This document shows, piece by piece, positions 1 to 13,259 of a stretch of 64,000 nucleotides of DNA. The DNA comes from Camelus ferus. Taxonomy: Eukaryota. The first letter of the stretch is position 1, and every line of letters starts with the position of its first letter. Made by a program: the position numbers and the translations under genes. The notes below the pieces were generated by a model that saw only the letters and a list, made by a program, of their open reading frames with translations, was not told the DNA's origin and made no database searches. The stretch lies in NCBI RefSeq assembly GCF_009834535.1, contig NC_045697.1:109990001-110054000 (forward strand), written 5' to 3'.

Positions 1-815
1 GGAAGGACATCAGAGTCATTAAATTCTTTTAGCCTTTTAGGACAGTGTCAGTTGAGATTCAGAAATTCATCAAGAGTGCTCAAGGTCTGAAGAAAATGCA
101 AGCTGTTCAATGAACACAAGATGTTTGCAATGAGCCCGAAGGAGAAGAGGTGCTATGTGCAGTAACTTGTTAAAAATGTTATGCACTGAGCTTTTTACAC
201 GGATTTTCATTGGAATATCTAGTGAGTTATATTTTTAAATGATACAATTCAGTCTTAAGAATGACAGGCAGTACATTGTGCAAGAGTCTGCCAGGAGGAA
301 CCTCAGGTAGACTGGGAAGCACAAGGCAAACTCATTTTTCAAGTGATGAAACCTAGTATCAAAGGGCTAGTTTGAATTTTGCTGCTTTGGAAAAAAGAAA
401 TAATAAACTGAAAATGTCCATACATATTACAGTTGAGTTATCTCAAAAACAGATTTTTTTTTTTCAGGAAAAAAATTGCAAAAGTTGATTACTTGGTTGT
501 GTGAGAATCTTTGATTCTTAAGATTGATAAAAAAAAAAAAAGAAAGGAATTTTTAATAAGTAGGTTGGGAATGCCAAGTTCATGGTGTCCTTTCAAGCTG
601 GATAAATCAGGAAGAATGCTCTCTACCCAGAACGGGATGGTCTTTTGGAAGAGAGGCTAATCAACCTAGATTCCTGCTGCTCGGCATAAACATCAAAGTT
701 CCTGTGGCCATTCATAGACAAGAAATCCATTTCCATACATTTGGCCAACTTTTTGGCACCTGGTTAAAAAGCTTGAGCAACCAAAAGCCTGGCTTGAATT
801 GTATTAAAATCTTAC

Positions 816-992
816 AATTGGAGCGGAATGGACTGAGTCCTTTGATTGGGATGGGCTCTTAGTAGACGCATGGTTTGGAGAACTTTCCCCATTTGTCTCA
901 TTGGAAAACTTGCTGTTTTCATCTCTCTGTCCAGCCAGGGCCCTCTCTCCCCACAATATTCTTTGAAGAACATGTAGCTCTCCATAAAACAT
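816..992 (-). CDS. Candidate 177-nt exon (exon 2) of an unidentified minus-strand gene; possibly first coding exon (MFYGELHVLQRILWGERALAGQRDENSKFSNETNGESSPNHASTKSPSQSKDSVHSAPI)
   Basis: Minus strand reads ACTAAG (branch-like), a T-run, CTCCTCTGCTAG|ATG at 992, and ends ATT|GTAAGA at 816/815. Length is a multiple of 3 and two frames are open. Unique sequence. Protein not recognised, so it could be a UTR exon. Confidence 0.45.
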
Positions 993-1649
993 CTAGCAGA
1001 GGAGAAAAAAAAAAAAAAAAACCACTCTTAGTTTCACAAATGCTTGTCAAAATCAAAAAAAGCAATGTAATTTCATACCAAAAGCTTGTTTCCTCTTGTA
1101 TCTAAATTTGATTAGATGTGATCCTAATCAGTAGGTAAAACTGAGTGATGATAACTGGTTGTTTGTTAAACTAATTAATAGATGAAGACCACTTCGGCAA
1201 GCAATCCCACAGAAATCCTGCTGCGTGTTTCCAAGGAAGCCTGTGCTTTCCATTTATTCCCAAGGAATTTGAGGGGAACCATCTATTTTTCTTTTCTTCT
1301 TCTTCTTTTTTTTTTTTTTTTTGCCAGTGGTTTAGCTAGAATTAAAACTAATAACCTCTTGGCCCAATGCTTTTGCTCAAACTTCTGGGAAGCACAGACC
1401 TCTGTTGTTCAGGATTGCATGCGTCTTCCAGATTCTCAGTTGGGGAAAATGCAAAGTCTGCACTCTGGCCTTGGGCAGTGGATCCCTGGGCGTGGAAATC
1501 AGCGCCTCAGGTTTTCCCAACAGCACCGAAGTCCTCCACAGGTCAATAACCTCAGAAGCTAACCTCTTTCTGCAAACCACAAGATGGAATGCATTGCACA
1601 ATGTGATGCAAATACATCGCTCAGGGCCTTGCCTCATTGATCAAGGCAG

Positions 1650-3115
1650 TTATTTTTTTTCTCCCCAATTTTTTCTTTTGAAAATTTCCAAACTACATAA
1701 AAGATAAAGACTACTATAATTTTAAAAATCCATATATCCTACATTCAGATTTATCCATTAGTCACACTTCTTTCTTATTCATCCATTTATTTATATATTT
1801 TTACTGAGTCATTTGCAGGTAGCAGACACAATGACATTTCACCTCTATGGACCTTATAACGCATCTCCTGAGCATAAGGACCATTATCACACACCCCCAA
1901 ATTAACCATGAGTCCCTTATATCATTTACCATGAAGCCCATGTTTAAATTTCCCGAATAATTTCCCCAATGTCTTCTGCTGTATTTATTAATTTACCTGT
2001 GTAGAATTCAATCATGATTGATGTGTTACATTTGGTTGTCTTTTCAGTCTCTTTTAATCTAGAACAGTTCTCCCACATTTCTGTTCATTCTGTTTGTTTG
2101 TTTTTGTTTTCGTGACAGTGACTTTTCTGAAGATCCCAGAAGGTTATGAAACAGTCTACATATGAATTGGCCTGATTGATTTTTCATTGTTAGACTCAGA
2201 TACGTTCTTTCTCAAGAACGTTACTCTGGTGCTGTAAAATTCTTAATGCTTTATACCAGGAGGTACATGATGTCAGATTGTCCCACCACTAGTGATCCTA
2301 AGGTTGGTCACCTGGGTAAAGTGGTGATCAGAGTGAACTCTCCATAGGGAGGTACATTTCCCCCTTCGGGATTAGTAAATAAATCTGTCGGGGAGAATAC
2401 TTTGACTGTGTGACTTAGTTCTTCCCTAACTTTCACATTATACTCGCTTGTTCTATCAATAATTCTTGCCTGCTGCCATTATTCTTGGTGATTGCCAAAT
2501 GATGATTTTTCCAATTCTGTTATTCCTTCTTTGAGATTTTTGTAACTCTCAATCTTGCTTCTTCTTTAATATCATTATGGATTAATTGAAAAATTCAGTG
2601 TCTTCTAATTCACTGCCATTATTGTCCCTTTTGTCACTCAAAGTTTCCAAATCTGGTTATTGGAAGCTAACTCAGGAAGGCTCCCATGTTTCTTCGATTT
2701 GATGCCATTAGTGTTTGAGCACTTTGTTGTTTTCTTTTCCTTGCCCCAGACCCAGAATTAGCTGTCACTGTAACAATCCATGATATCTTACAGTGTGTGG
2801 AATGATGTTTAAAAATCAATATCTAGACACTAACTCAGTTTATTCCTATTGGGATATCATTATTTCCAGCTGTTTTAGGTAGACAATGCCAGAATGCATG
2901 TAAGTTGTGAGTTCATATTAATTTCAATCAAAAATGAAAAAAATTACAAGATTTTTACTTCCTTTAATTTTTAATTTCTTTAATTTTACATTTATACTTC
3001 CTTTCATTTCAGTCCTTTCTGTCCTGAATATATCCCACGGATGATGTAACATCACAGACATTGTATTTCCAAGTAAATTCAATCGTTTTATCTGTTTGAT
3101 TGTGTTTATAGTTTT
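1650..3115 (-). mobile_element. Old L1 3' region (L1MC-like), degraded
   Basis: T-rich antisense L1MC-type 3' UTR motifs, e.g. ccaggaggtacatgatgtcagattgtcccaccactagtgat. Confidence 0.7.
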
Positions 3116-3119
3116 TAAG

Positions 3120-4110
3120 TGGATTTTATTTTACACACAGTAAAATTCAGAGGTCTATGAAGCTTTTGCAGTGGTTCACAGTCATGCAGCCACACGACCA
3201 TCACTCTGTAGAGCATCTCCGTCGCGCACTAAGTTCCCTCATTCTCCTTTCTGTTCAGTCCCCTCCCCACAGCATCCAGCCCCTGGCAGCCGATGATCTG
3301 TCTTCCCTATGTTAGCCTTTTCCAGAATGTCGTTTAAGTGGAATCATACATTGAGGGGTGCTGAGTCTGGCTTCCCTCACTTAGCACAGTGCATTAGTAT
3401 AGTGCAGCTTAATCCACGTTGCACAAATTAGCAGATCCCTTTTATCACTCCTTTTTATCAATGTATGGCATTGTATTGAGGTCCCACACATTTAAAAAAA
3501 TCTATTTAACATTTAGACATTGGCATGATTTGGTATAAAACTGTCATTTCCATTTGCATGGACAGAGACGTTCATTTCTCTTAGGCAGATAGCTAGGAGT
3601 GAAATTGTTGATTTTGTTAAAGTTAAGTGTGTTTTTAACTTTATAAGAGATGGCCAAACTATTTTACGAAGTGTCTATTTCAATTTGCATTCCTTCCAGT
3701 AACGTATGAGAGTTCTCATTCTGGTTGCTCCACTCATCCTGTGTCCTCATCAACACTTATTGTCAAAGTTTCATTCCCCTCCTCCCTCCCTCCCATGATT
3801 CTTCCATTACAATAGTTATCAAGTAGTATCTCGTTGTGGTTTTAACTTGCATTTCTCTAAAGACTAATGATATCAAGTATCTTTTCACATTTTATTTGCT
3901 ATCTGTATATCTTCTTTGGTGAAGAATCTGTCCAAATATGTTGCCCAATAATTAAAAATTGGATTGTTTGATTTCTTACTCCTGCATTTTGAGAGTTATT
4001 TATATGTTCCGAATAACCTGTCGTAATCAGTTATATATTTTGCAAATATTTTCTTCAGGTGTGTGTTTTATGTTTGAAAGTTGTCTTTTAAAGAACAGAA
4101 AGTTTCCCAA
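3120..4110 (-). mobile_element. L1MB-like 3' end, inserted in older L1
   Basis: Antisense L1 3' end and ORF2-end motifs: ccagcccctggcagccgatgatctg; gtagtatctcgttgtggttttaacttgcatttctctaaagactaatgat. Confidence 0.75.
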
Positions 4111-4474
4111 ATAAGGACTTTTAAAAACATCATCATTGACATCTCAAGAGAAAGAGAGATTCCAGTCCTCTTCAGATGTGGGTTTGCATTAGAAAACCTC
4201 CATCATCTATCAGAGCCGTTAGAGACAAGAAAAAATATAAAGTATTTTAGAGTAAACATAACAAGAATGTGCGTTAACTTGGACAGAAGTGACTTTTGCT
4301 GGTGTTGACACCCTATCCAAGAACAAGTTTTATCTTTCTATTTGTTCAAATTTGCTTATCTGTCCTTCAGGCATATTTTAAAGTCTCCCACCCTGGAGGC
4401 TTCAATGATGACATTTTATAAAGTCCTTATTTAGGAAAATGTTACTAATAAAGACTAGAAGTCCCTGAGTTCAC

Positions 4475-4680
4475 CTTTTTCTCCTTAGTTGGCACCTCTT
4501 GCAGGTCCAGCTGTGAACCGAGCTGGGCTACCAGGCAGGACTGACACGAGGGGCTTCCTCCCTTTCTCCCCGATGCAGAGCCCTGACCCGGCAAGCAGAG
4601 AGGGGGTGCCGGTGCCACAGTCCTCAGCGGAGGCTGCCCCAGCCCCGCCTCTCCGGGCGGAGCCTGGCTAACCTGGCCCC
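4475..4680 (-). promoter_or_regulatory. GC-rich promoter plus putative non-coding first exon
   Basis: Local GC/CpG rise. GC boxes CCCCGCC (4643-4649) and GGGCGG (4655-4660). Minus-strand donor AAG|GTGAAC at 4475/4474. No ATG on the minus strand between the GC boxes and the donor. Confidence 0.55.
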
Positions 4681-5179
4681 TGGGTGAATCCCATCCGCTG
4701 TTGTCCAGCACCTTAAATTCAGTTCAGAGGTAAATTGGCAAAACACTTTTGCCTTAGATTAATTGCATCTGAGTCCCCCCCTTTCTCCAGTGACTACAGG
4801 GCCCCTTGTAACCCACACCTCCAAGAACTGTCATGATGCACATGGCCCAGGGAAAATTAAAAGATCATCAGAGTGTTTCAGAAAACCAGGAGGCGCATGA
4901 GCACCTGGTGCTGACCTAGCGATTGTGGTTAAAGAGATCATTTGCACATAGATTTACAAACAGGGAAAGGCCTGGTCAGGGCCAGCAGAGGTATGGGGGT
5001 GCGGGCCGGGGTGAGGAAGGGATACTATGGGGGAAAGCCAGACGAGTGACCCCAAGGGGCTCCCTTGTGTGAATTGTCTACTGTCTGAAGTTTAAGCTTT
5101 CACTTTGCAGGCTCTGACACAGGATTGCTCAGCACAGAGAGAGCAGGACTCCATCTTTTCAGGACAGCCTGGCATTCAC

Positions 5180-5186
5180 TGAGTCA
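5180..5186. promoter_or_regulatory. AP-1 consensus site in promoter-proximal CpG-containing region
   Basis: Exact TGAGTCA about 0.5 kb upstream of the GC boxes; motif match only. Confidence 0.3.
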
Positions 5187-6651
5187 CAAGGCTGACGGTA
5201 TGACCAGACACTAGCGTGTTAATCTGTAGTGAGTACGCACCTGTGGACAGCCGGGGCTGCTGTTTCCAGTACGGAGTTAGGCTGCGGACGTGTCCTTCGC
5301 ACCCTGCCATCGGGGGAGGAAGGCAAGGAATGAGAAAACCTGCTTGTGGAGTTGGGTCCCCCTCCTTGGCAGGAGACTGCCCTTTGTGTCGTGACACACA
5401 GAGCTGAAAAGGAGTACCGGTATCTTACTTACAAACTGACAAATCCTAGGATGAAATGATTCATGCTGTGGGAAGATTCCTCTCACTACAAAACAGCAAA
5501 AGGCCCTCTTGTGTTGTGTAATAGGTGAGGATGTCAGAGTTACAAAAAACAGATACGCAGGAATTGTGTAACTGTAGGAACTTTGTTTCTGTTAACTCAG
5601 TCCCCACTTCCCTGGATGGCAAATGACAAACTTGTCAATTTAAGGTAGTCAGTTGCTCTTGAATTAGAGTCAGCGCCTTTGAGTAAATACTCAGCCAATC
5701 TCAATTTTTCTCATGCTAATTCTCTCCTTTCGCCCTGGAGTTAGGAAACAGCCTCTGATCAGGCCGCTGTGCCTGGCCTTCCCTGGGCCACCTCGTCTCA
5801 GCATCACCTCCGCTCCTGCACACCTGCAGGGGGTACCACAGACCTCCCTCTGCCTCCAGCTGCCTTTAGCCACGCAATGGGTCTTCTCCGTTTCCTCTTT
5901 CTTTGCACCGAACCTCCCTTTAGGACTGTCCCCTGCTCTGCTCTGTCCTCTACCCTCTAGGGGGTGTGGAGCTCCCTGGTGTTGGAATACTCGGGGTGCT
6001 TCTAGGCCGTCCTGGATCACCAAAGTGCCTCTTGTGCCCGTGATGGACTCAACCCCAAAGCTTCTCTAGATTTCCCTTTATTCACGTCTTTTTCTCTCTT
6101 TAAGATTTTAATTTTTAAATTTATATCTTTAATCATTTGTAAGCACACTGGTTTTAAAACCTCCGTTTCTCCTCCCGGCCTTTGGTATTGCTTGTTCTTT
6201 TGCATTAAGTCTCAACAGAGTGGTTTATATTCTCATGAGTTTTGTAAATTTTTTTTTTCTTACTGTGAGTGCATCTTCAATGGATTTTTCTCCCCCAGCA
6301 CCCCTCACTTGCCCCAACCATAAACTTTTCTTTTTTGTTTTTTGGTGTTTTTTTAATTTTGTTTTTGTTGTTGTTGTTTAATTTTAAAAATTTATTTGTT
6401 TATTTTTAAACCACAAACTTCTCAGCTTGGTGATGTAGAATTCTGCGAATCACGTCAGTGTGGGCTCCTTACCCACACAACGGCAACCTTGGGCTTTTGA
6501 TTTCTCAGGGATGACTTTTTTGGAGCATCAACTTACAGACAGAAGGAAGCTTCCTCTCTCTTTCTCAAGCCACTGGGCTTTCCTCTCCACGATGTGAGAG
6601 CACTCCTTCAGGGCTCTGCATCCTGTACACCTGCGTGCCTGCATCCTTGTG

Positions 6652-6665
6652 CCAGGAGATGGCGC
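6652..6665 (+). promoter_or_regulatory. Candidate CTCF binding site
   Basis: CCAGGAGATGGCGC matches core CCASYAGRKGGCRS at 13 of 14 positions; several CpGs retained nearby (6590-6765). Confidence 0.55.
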
Positions 6666-7081
6666 TGTCCCCAAAATACTAAGGTGCCAGCAAGGTCACG
6701 ACACTCCTTCTCGCGCTTCTTAGAACTGACCTCACATTATACAAGACAGTGAGTGGCAGCGACATAGTCTATGGTTAATTCATTTGAAGAATATTAGTGA
6801 AGACCTATGATGTGCTATGCTCTCCATTAGACTCTGGGGTTCCAAGGATGAGCCCGGCTCCATGGAACTTAGAGCTTTGCAGAGAAACAGACAGTGCCAG
6901 AATCATCATATCAACGATCTACTCTTACCATCCCAGACAGCCTCCCAAGGAAAGAGACACAGAGATCTTAGGGCTTATAGGAAAGGAAGTGCCCTGTGTT
7001 GACATCTAAAGGGTAGGGAAAAGTTAACCAGCTGAAGGGGACAATGTTCCATGAGGTGGGAATCCTCTGGCTGGATTAAGA

Positions 7082-7430
7082 CTGTGGTTCCTAAACCAAG
7101 TGGTTTTCCATTCTGACTGCCTAATACAATCACCTGAGAAGCTTAACATAAAAATGCCTGGCTCTGTCCCCAGAGATTCCTAGCTAATTCGTCTGGAGTG
7201 AATCCAGGCAACTGTATTTTTAAGAGCTCAGCCAGTGACTGTGTTGTGTATTCAGAGTTGTAAATACTGGGTGACCCATGCCAGCAGCACCTGGGAAATT
7301 GTTAAACACAGATTCTCAGGTCCATCCCAGACCTATTGGACGAAAAACTCTGGGAATGGGGCCCAGAACAAAAGCAGGCTGCACCCCTTCCCAGCGAACC
7401 TCCCTGCAGCACGTGTTGAGAAATAAATAT
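7082..7430. mobile_element. MER5-family hAT-Charlie elements; one copy (about 7098-7269) nested in another
   Basis: Two (c/a)wgtggtt starts; atcacctgagaagctt motif in the inner copy; cacctgggaaattgttaaacacagattctcaggtccatcccagacct in the outer copy. Confidence 0.7.
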
Positions 7431-7599
7431 ATAACTAAACTGGACTTTCAAATAATAGAGGAAGGCCCACAAAGTTGTGCTCTTCTACTGTGATGACTAT
7501 TTTAGTGCTTTTTTAAAATTTCCAAATATGCTCTGAAGGCTTTTGGCTCATGCTCTTGTTGCTTAGGCTTTACTGGATAGAGGAATATGCTGAGTCTCC

Positions 7600-7900
7600 T
7601 GACTGGGGAATAAGCATGAGGGAAACAGCATGTGCAAAGGGCATGGGGCAACATGGGTCATTCATAGAACTGAGGGAGTGCAGGCTTCGAGGAACGCTGT
7701 GTGACTCAAAGGGAAGATAGTGCCACAGGGGACTCAGACACCGGGAAAGACAAGGCTGGGGACAGGCCCTAAGTGGTATCTTTAGGTTTGTATTCTACAA
7801 ATATCAATTTGGTTGTTGTGGGCAAATTGGTCTAAATGGACCCAGAATGACTGCCAGACTGCAGTCCATTCCGGGCACTGTGAAGAGTGGTGGGGACTTG
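7600..7900 (-). mobile_element. L2 fragment
   Basis: gagggaaacagcatgtgcaaagggcatgggg is a typical antisense L2 motif. Confidence 0.5.
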
Positions 7901-9069
7901 CTGAATGAATATTCCGGTCCTTACACACTGAGGGGCGGGATCTCAGGTGGGATGGGAGACGGAAGCTTTATGGAAGAAGGATGATGGAATAGTGAGGCTG
8001 GGAAAACAGCACAAGGGCGACTGGCCAGCAATGAGCATGGAAAATACATCTGAGAATGAAGAACAAATAAATCACAGACATTACCTGGGGACCTGTCAAA
8101 TATTCCCAGCCTCACGTCCCCAGTATCCCAACCCAGTGTGTCCACAGGGAGGCAGAGTTGCTGTCCTGGTCACATGCTCTCATGTGACTTTGCCAGTCGG
8201 CAAGGTTTGGGGACCCCTGAAGAAGACAGAATGCCATTGAAAAGGTGACTGATAACCAAAGGGGGAGCAGGTCCTTGTGATGGTCCTAATGATGAGTGAT
8301 GGCAACACTGTGCAACTGGGGCAGGGCTGCTAAGGGGAGGGTCTGGCCGGAGGAAGTGTGTGCCGAGGTTGTCTTCATCCTGTGCCCAGAGTAAAGTGGA
8401 AAGTCTACAAAATTTTGTAAACTAAAGCCCATGGGTTTGTTCTCTGGGATGACTGCAGTATCCAAACATCTCCCTGATAGTCTATGAAAAGATCTGAACA
8501 AGAGAAACAAAACAGGCAGCTGTTGTCTTTAAAGACGCTTCTGGACCAGCTACGGTATGTTAAGTTCTGGAGAGATCTCCAGCTCACTGCCAGCCAGCCA
8601 CAGAGCAGCTCCAGCGCTGAGGGTGCAGAAACTTCCTCCTGCCCTGACATCTCCAAGTGCTGGTCTCCTTGCTTTTAGATGGACGCCCGCAGAGTTTGTG
8701 GAAACTCACTAACATTTATTGTGCGGCTGATTTATGTAGTCGAGTGTTTAGTCCGGTAACTTATCATCACATAGTAAACTATCAAGGGCTTTTTAGTTCT
8801 GACTTCACCAAGGTCCAGGAGGATGAGTTGCACAGGTGAATAGTGAAGAGAAGATAAGAGAGAAGAGGGGAAGCAGGGTACCGAGGACAGTGTTGGTTTC
8901 CGAGTGACACTAAAGAGGGCCAGACTACAGGCAGGAAGAGGAAACTGGGATTAGAGACAAGGGACAGAAGGGACCACGGTGTCTAAAAATAAACGAGTAT
9001 GAGTTTCTCCAAGGGCTTGCCCGGCCTGCCTGTGATCACAGGAGTGTGTGTAACTGGTTCCTTGGCCTC

Positions 9070-10417
9070 ACAGGCAAATCAAAGCGTTCTGGGGCCTGAA
9101 GCGTGTATGATTTTGGAAGCCCTCTTTGAGAAAAAGAATAAAAATTATGAAAAGATTTGATGCGTGAGTATTAATTTATGATACTATGACAACCACAACA
9201 AATTATGATATTTGAACAAAATAATGGCCACATTACAAACTCCAAGAAAATTGTATAAATTTTCTTAATTAACTTCATGACACACCTCTAAAATACTTTT
9301 TTTCCCTACATTTTTGGTCTGCGTACTCTTTAATCAGCCCTTCCTATGACAGTGCTTTTGTTTGATCGTTTTTTTATTGAGAGAAAAGTAACTTAATATT
9401 TCTTCCAGCATGGTGATCAGAGTTTGTTTTTTTTATTATTGTTTCCTAAGATTCTTTCAGCTTCACAGCTTGTTAACGGTATTGTTATGTAAATATTGAG
9501 GATTCTGTCAAATTTGGAGAAATCTCCATCAAGGCTATTTTACATAAGAATGGTAGATTTCAGGTTATTTCAAGTTTTACTGGGCAAGGACTGACCTAAA
9601 ATTCTTTTTAAATTGACTTTTAAAAACCAGTTTGTTACTATAGCCTTATTTTAGTTTTTCTACATTTTACGAGTGTGCTGATATTCTGCTGTACTTCTGG
9701 GGCACCTTCTGTTGCTAGTGACTAGGTTCTTGTCGCAGAAGGAATTCAGAGATGAGACACAGAGGTTAAGAAAGTAAAGTGAGGATTTATTAAGGGGTGG
9801 ATGCTGTACTCTAAAGGGGAGAGCAGGCAGGCTCAGGTGAGCGGCTGCCCTGAGTTTCTTTGGCAAGTTGGTTACAGAGAGTGCAAAAATGAATGGGCGG
9901 AGTGTTCACTGGGGAGAGGAGGGTTTGGGGTCGTATTCCCTGATGTTCATCCCAACTTCACCTTCCCGAATGGAAGAGGGATTTTTGTCCTATTTAGTCT
10001 GGATCGGAAGTGTCATGGTGTCGGTTCAAGATGGGTACTTCTAATTAGCAAGGCTAATTTTATTTAAATGAGGGCATAATGAGCAGAAAGTTCCATTTGG
10101 ACACTGGAGATTCCTGCCTTTTCTTACCTTCCTTTGTCCGCCTCCAGCCCACTTGTCACCCCCAAATGTGTGACCGCTTATTAACCCAGACATTCCTGCT
10201 TTTCTTTCTCTACCCCGGGACCCCTGTTGTTTACATGATGTAGGGTTTCCTGCATTTGGCCCCTGCCCCTCCTTTTTGCCCAGTTCCTGCCATTTGGCCT
10301 GCGTCCCCCTTTCTCTGCTCAAAGCTGTCTGCCTGCTCTGACACTTCTGGGTGAGAGAAGATGCAAGTGAAGTCCTTAATACTTAGCTCCCTTAGATTTA
10401 CAATAAAACTATATCTG
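9070..10417. mobile_element. hAT-Tip100-like (Zaphod/MER115-like) DNA transposon, split by the LTR at 9710-10343
   Basis: Start ggggcctgaagcgtgtatgattttggaagccctctttgagaaaaagaat resembles the recalled consensus; similarity resumes after the LTR. Confidence 0.55.
9710..10343 (-). mobile_element. Solo ERV1-type LTR (634 bp)
   Basis: TG...CA termini, perfect 4-bp TSD CTTC (9706-9709 / 10344-10347), minus-strand AATAAA near the left end. Confidence 0.9.
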
Positions 10418-10519
10418 ATTGGTTCATAGACTTACTCCTTACTGCTGGGGGAGCGGTGCGAGAAAGAAGACGATAAATACTAATGTTTGCTGAACAGTTT
10501 AGATTAATTTCCAGGTTCA

Positions 10520-10640
10520 TTTTAGCCATTTTATGAGGTCCTACGAGTGTCCCCATTTTACAAATGAGGTAACTGATATTCAGTGAGGTTGACTTTGTGA
10601 AGCAGGGACCTGGAATTGACTGACGTGTTCCAGTGGTCAT
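10520..10640 (-). mobile_element. MIR fragment
   Basis: ccccattttacaaatgaggtaactga MIR core. Confidence 0.7.
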
Positions 10641-13147
10641 TCCCTCCCTACACCTCCTCTCCCTTGACTTTTGTCTTCATTGCTTTGCAGGAATTTTTTA
10701 CCATTCTTGCAAACCAAACCGAAATCTCCACAGAAATCTACATGTGTCTGCTAAGAATAAAGAATAATCACAGATATTTTATAGATTTGGCCAGAAAAAG
10801 AAGACACTTGCTTCTTTATAAGAAACTTTCCACATCTTGACTTGAAGTCTCTGTTTTTATCCCTAACTGATAGGGAAGGGTCCCAGATTCAGAATCCAGA
10901 AGGATCACACTAGGTCCCATCAGGGTCTCTGCAATTTTCAAGTCCAGAGATGTGAGGCCCAGAGCCTGGGAGTGTTTGGCAAATGCGGTGGCCTCACAGG
11001 CTAGAGCTGTTTGGTGGGATTGTCACGAAAAAGAGATTGTAGACCATCTGACTGAATGCTAATGGATCGGTCTGAGGCAGGTTTTAAAAATAAACAGTTT
11101 TATCTGCTCATTACAGAGTTAACAGGTTCCGATCACTCTGGCCCTTTCTCTTCACTGAGCATGTGTTAGCAGGGCCAAAAAAAAAAAAAAAAAAACAAAA
11201 CAAAACCTAACTGCATTGGAAACTGGTTTCAAATTACTTGCAGATGGCTGGAGGCAGATGAAAGCCGGTGTAGAGGTGTTCCTCATTCTATTCTCTGGTC
11301 CCCAGACCACAGGGCCATGTGCTGACACTTGGATGCTTGTTTTACAATATCATTTGACAAGTGGGATTTATGTGTCAAAATTGCAGCTAAAGCCAAGAAA
11401 ATGTCAGAGTCAGCAAAGAGAGGCAGCATGAGAAAGGGGGAGGGGGCTGTTTTTGGAACCCAGGAGTGGGTGAGCTGGATGGTGCCAAATCCTCACTGTA
11501 CCAAGCACACAGGAAAATTAACCTGGCTGCCAAAAGCCGGCCATCTCTTTGGTGTGTTTTGGTTCAGTGTTGTTACTGCCTTTTTCATTAAGGAAACAAT
11601 GCAATAAAAATGAGACCTTATTCCCTGAATGTATTAATAAAGATAACTTCTTGATTCAGGTCCCAAACCACTGGAGCCACATTTCATTTGCTGCGTTTAT
11701 TGTCCAGAGATCTAATGTACCGAGGTGCTCAGGGCCACAGCGACATCAGTGGAAACCCTGCCAGAAAGGACCAAAGATGAGATTCCTCTTCTTTCTGGGA
11801 ATCTCCAAAATGTCATAGGAACTAAATATTCATCAATTCTCCTAAACTGAGTTCAACTTTCCCAAAGGTTTTCATCTTTGGCTATTTTTAAAAGGTAGAA
11901 CACATCAAATCCTTAAATCGTACCTGAAACTGGTAGAGTCTTCTCTTAATGCCTGCATGAGATAAACTTCCTTATTCTTTCTTTTTTTGGTGTGGGAGAG
12001 GAAGAGAAGGTGAGAGATTGAATGTTTAAATTCCCCCGAGCTCCGTGCATTGCGGGCCATATTAGGAGCATGTGTGCATTACTTCATAAACTATCGGATG
12101 ACACGCATCTTTATTTAGACTCAATCAAGGAATATGATAAGCTATGCAAAGTTATTTCTGACACTGGGCAAAATAGCCTTGCAAAAAGGCACTGTTCATG
12201 GGGCCAGCCCAGCCTGGCTCCGAGGCCATCGCCCATTAGCTCCAGACAAATTCAGGAAAGAAGTACAGCTGTGGACATCATGTCATGTGCCAAGTGTAAT
12301 AAGTAGGTTATGAACAAGTCATGATAAAACACAGTAACAGATGGCCTATTCTCTCCACTCCACCCGCCTCTGTGGATGAAGGGCCTCCAGGGTCAGAACC
12401 AACTGCCTAGGGGAAGCCTTAGGAAGTCCGAGTGCGTGCTTTCTGCCGCGATCTAGCAGAAACAAGTATGCAGGGTCTCCTTCCCCTAATGTATGGGTTG
12501 TTATTTTTTGTCTAGTGGCAACCTAGAAATAAGGCAAGAAACATTCAAATGAGCACTGATATTTATTTGATAAGCAAGGGACAAAATACTGAGATTTATT
12601 TAGGGGGTGTCATATCTTTATATTTTCTCTCAGCCATCCAATGTGAAATATAGGATGTGTTTTGTTTTGTTTTGTTTCCAGGATCCTGGGCCATCAAAGT
12701 GTCCATTTTTTCTGATGTGCAGATGGCTAAGTAATTTCTTCCAGTGGAAACGGTGTTCATGGGGAAAATGTCATGTGTGCAGTTGTTGCTTACTTAAAAT
12801 AAGTCCTGGGAAACATATCTGGAGCTCATAGGTATCAGGAATGTCTGACCAAGCGACCCCAAAGCTGACTTGTTGATTTAGAAATTTTGGAAATAGAAAA
12901 GATTGGGATTTTGAAAAATTCCCACTTCATATGATGTCAGTAGGTTAACTATGTGCTGTTAACTGCTGAGTATCAGCATTTCATTACTGGTGGAACTAAC
13001 AGAAATCACCCACGAGGAGACTGTGCAGAAACACAGTGCTCAAATCTAACACGTATCAACATTTATTTTCCCCTGAGCTCTGTAGAGATGATCCATTACT
13101 AACCAAAGACATTAATTTTACTGACTTGTACAGACTTCCTAAACGCA

Positions 13148-13174
13148 TGTGTGTGTGTGTGTGTGTGTGTGTGT
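13148..13174. repeat. (TG)n microsatellite
   Basis: About 13 uninterrupted TG units. Confidence 0.95.
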
Positions 13175-13259
13175 TTAAAACTTAGAGAAAAATAGGTTGA
13201 GACATTCAATTAGCAAGTGAAAAGAGGGAAAGAGAAGGCTTAGCTTCTCCCAGTGAAAC

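Noticed and set aside
8405..8678. ORF cluster with plus-strand donor-like CG|GTATGT at 8554/8555
   Set aside because: No convincing matching acceptor or promoter; peptides not recognisable
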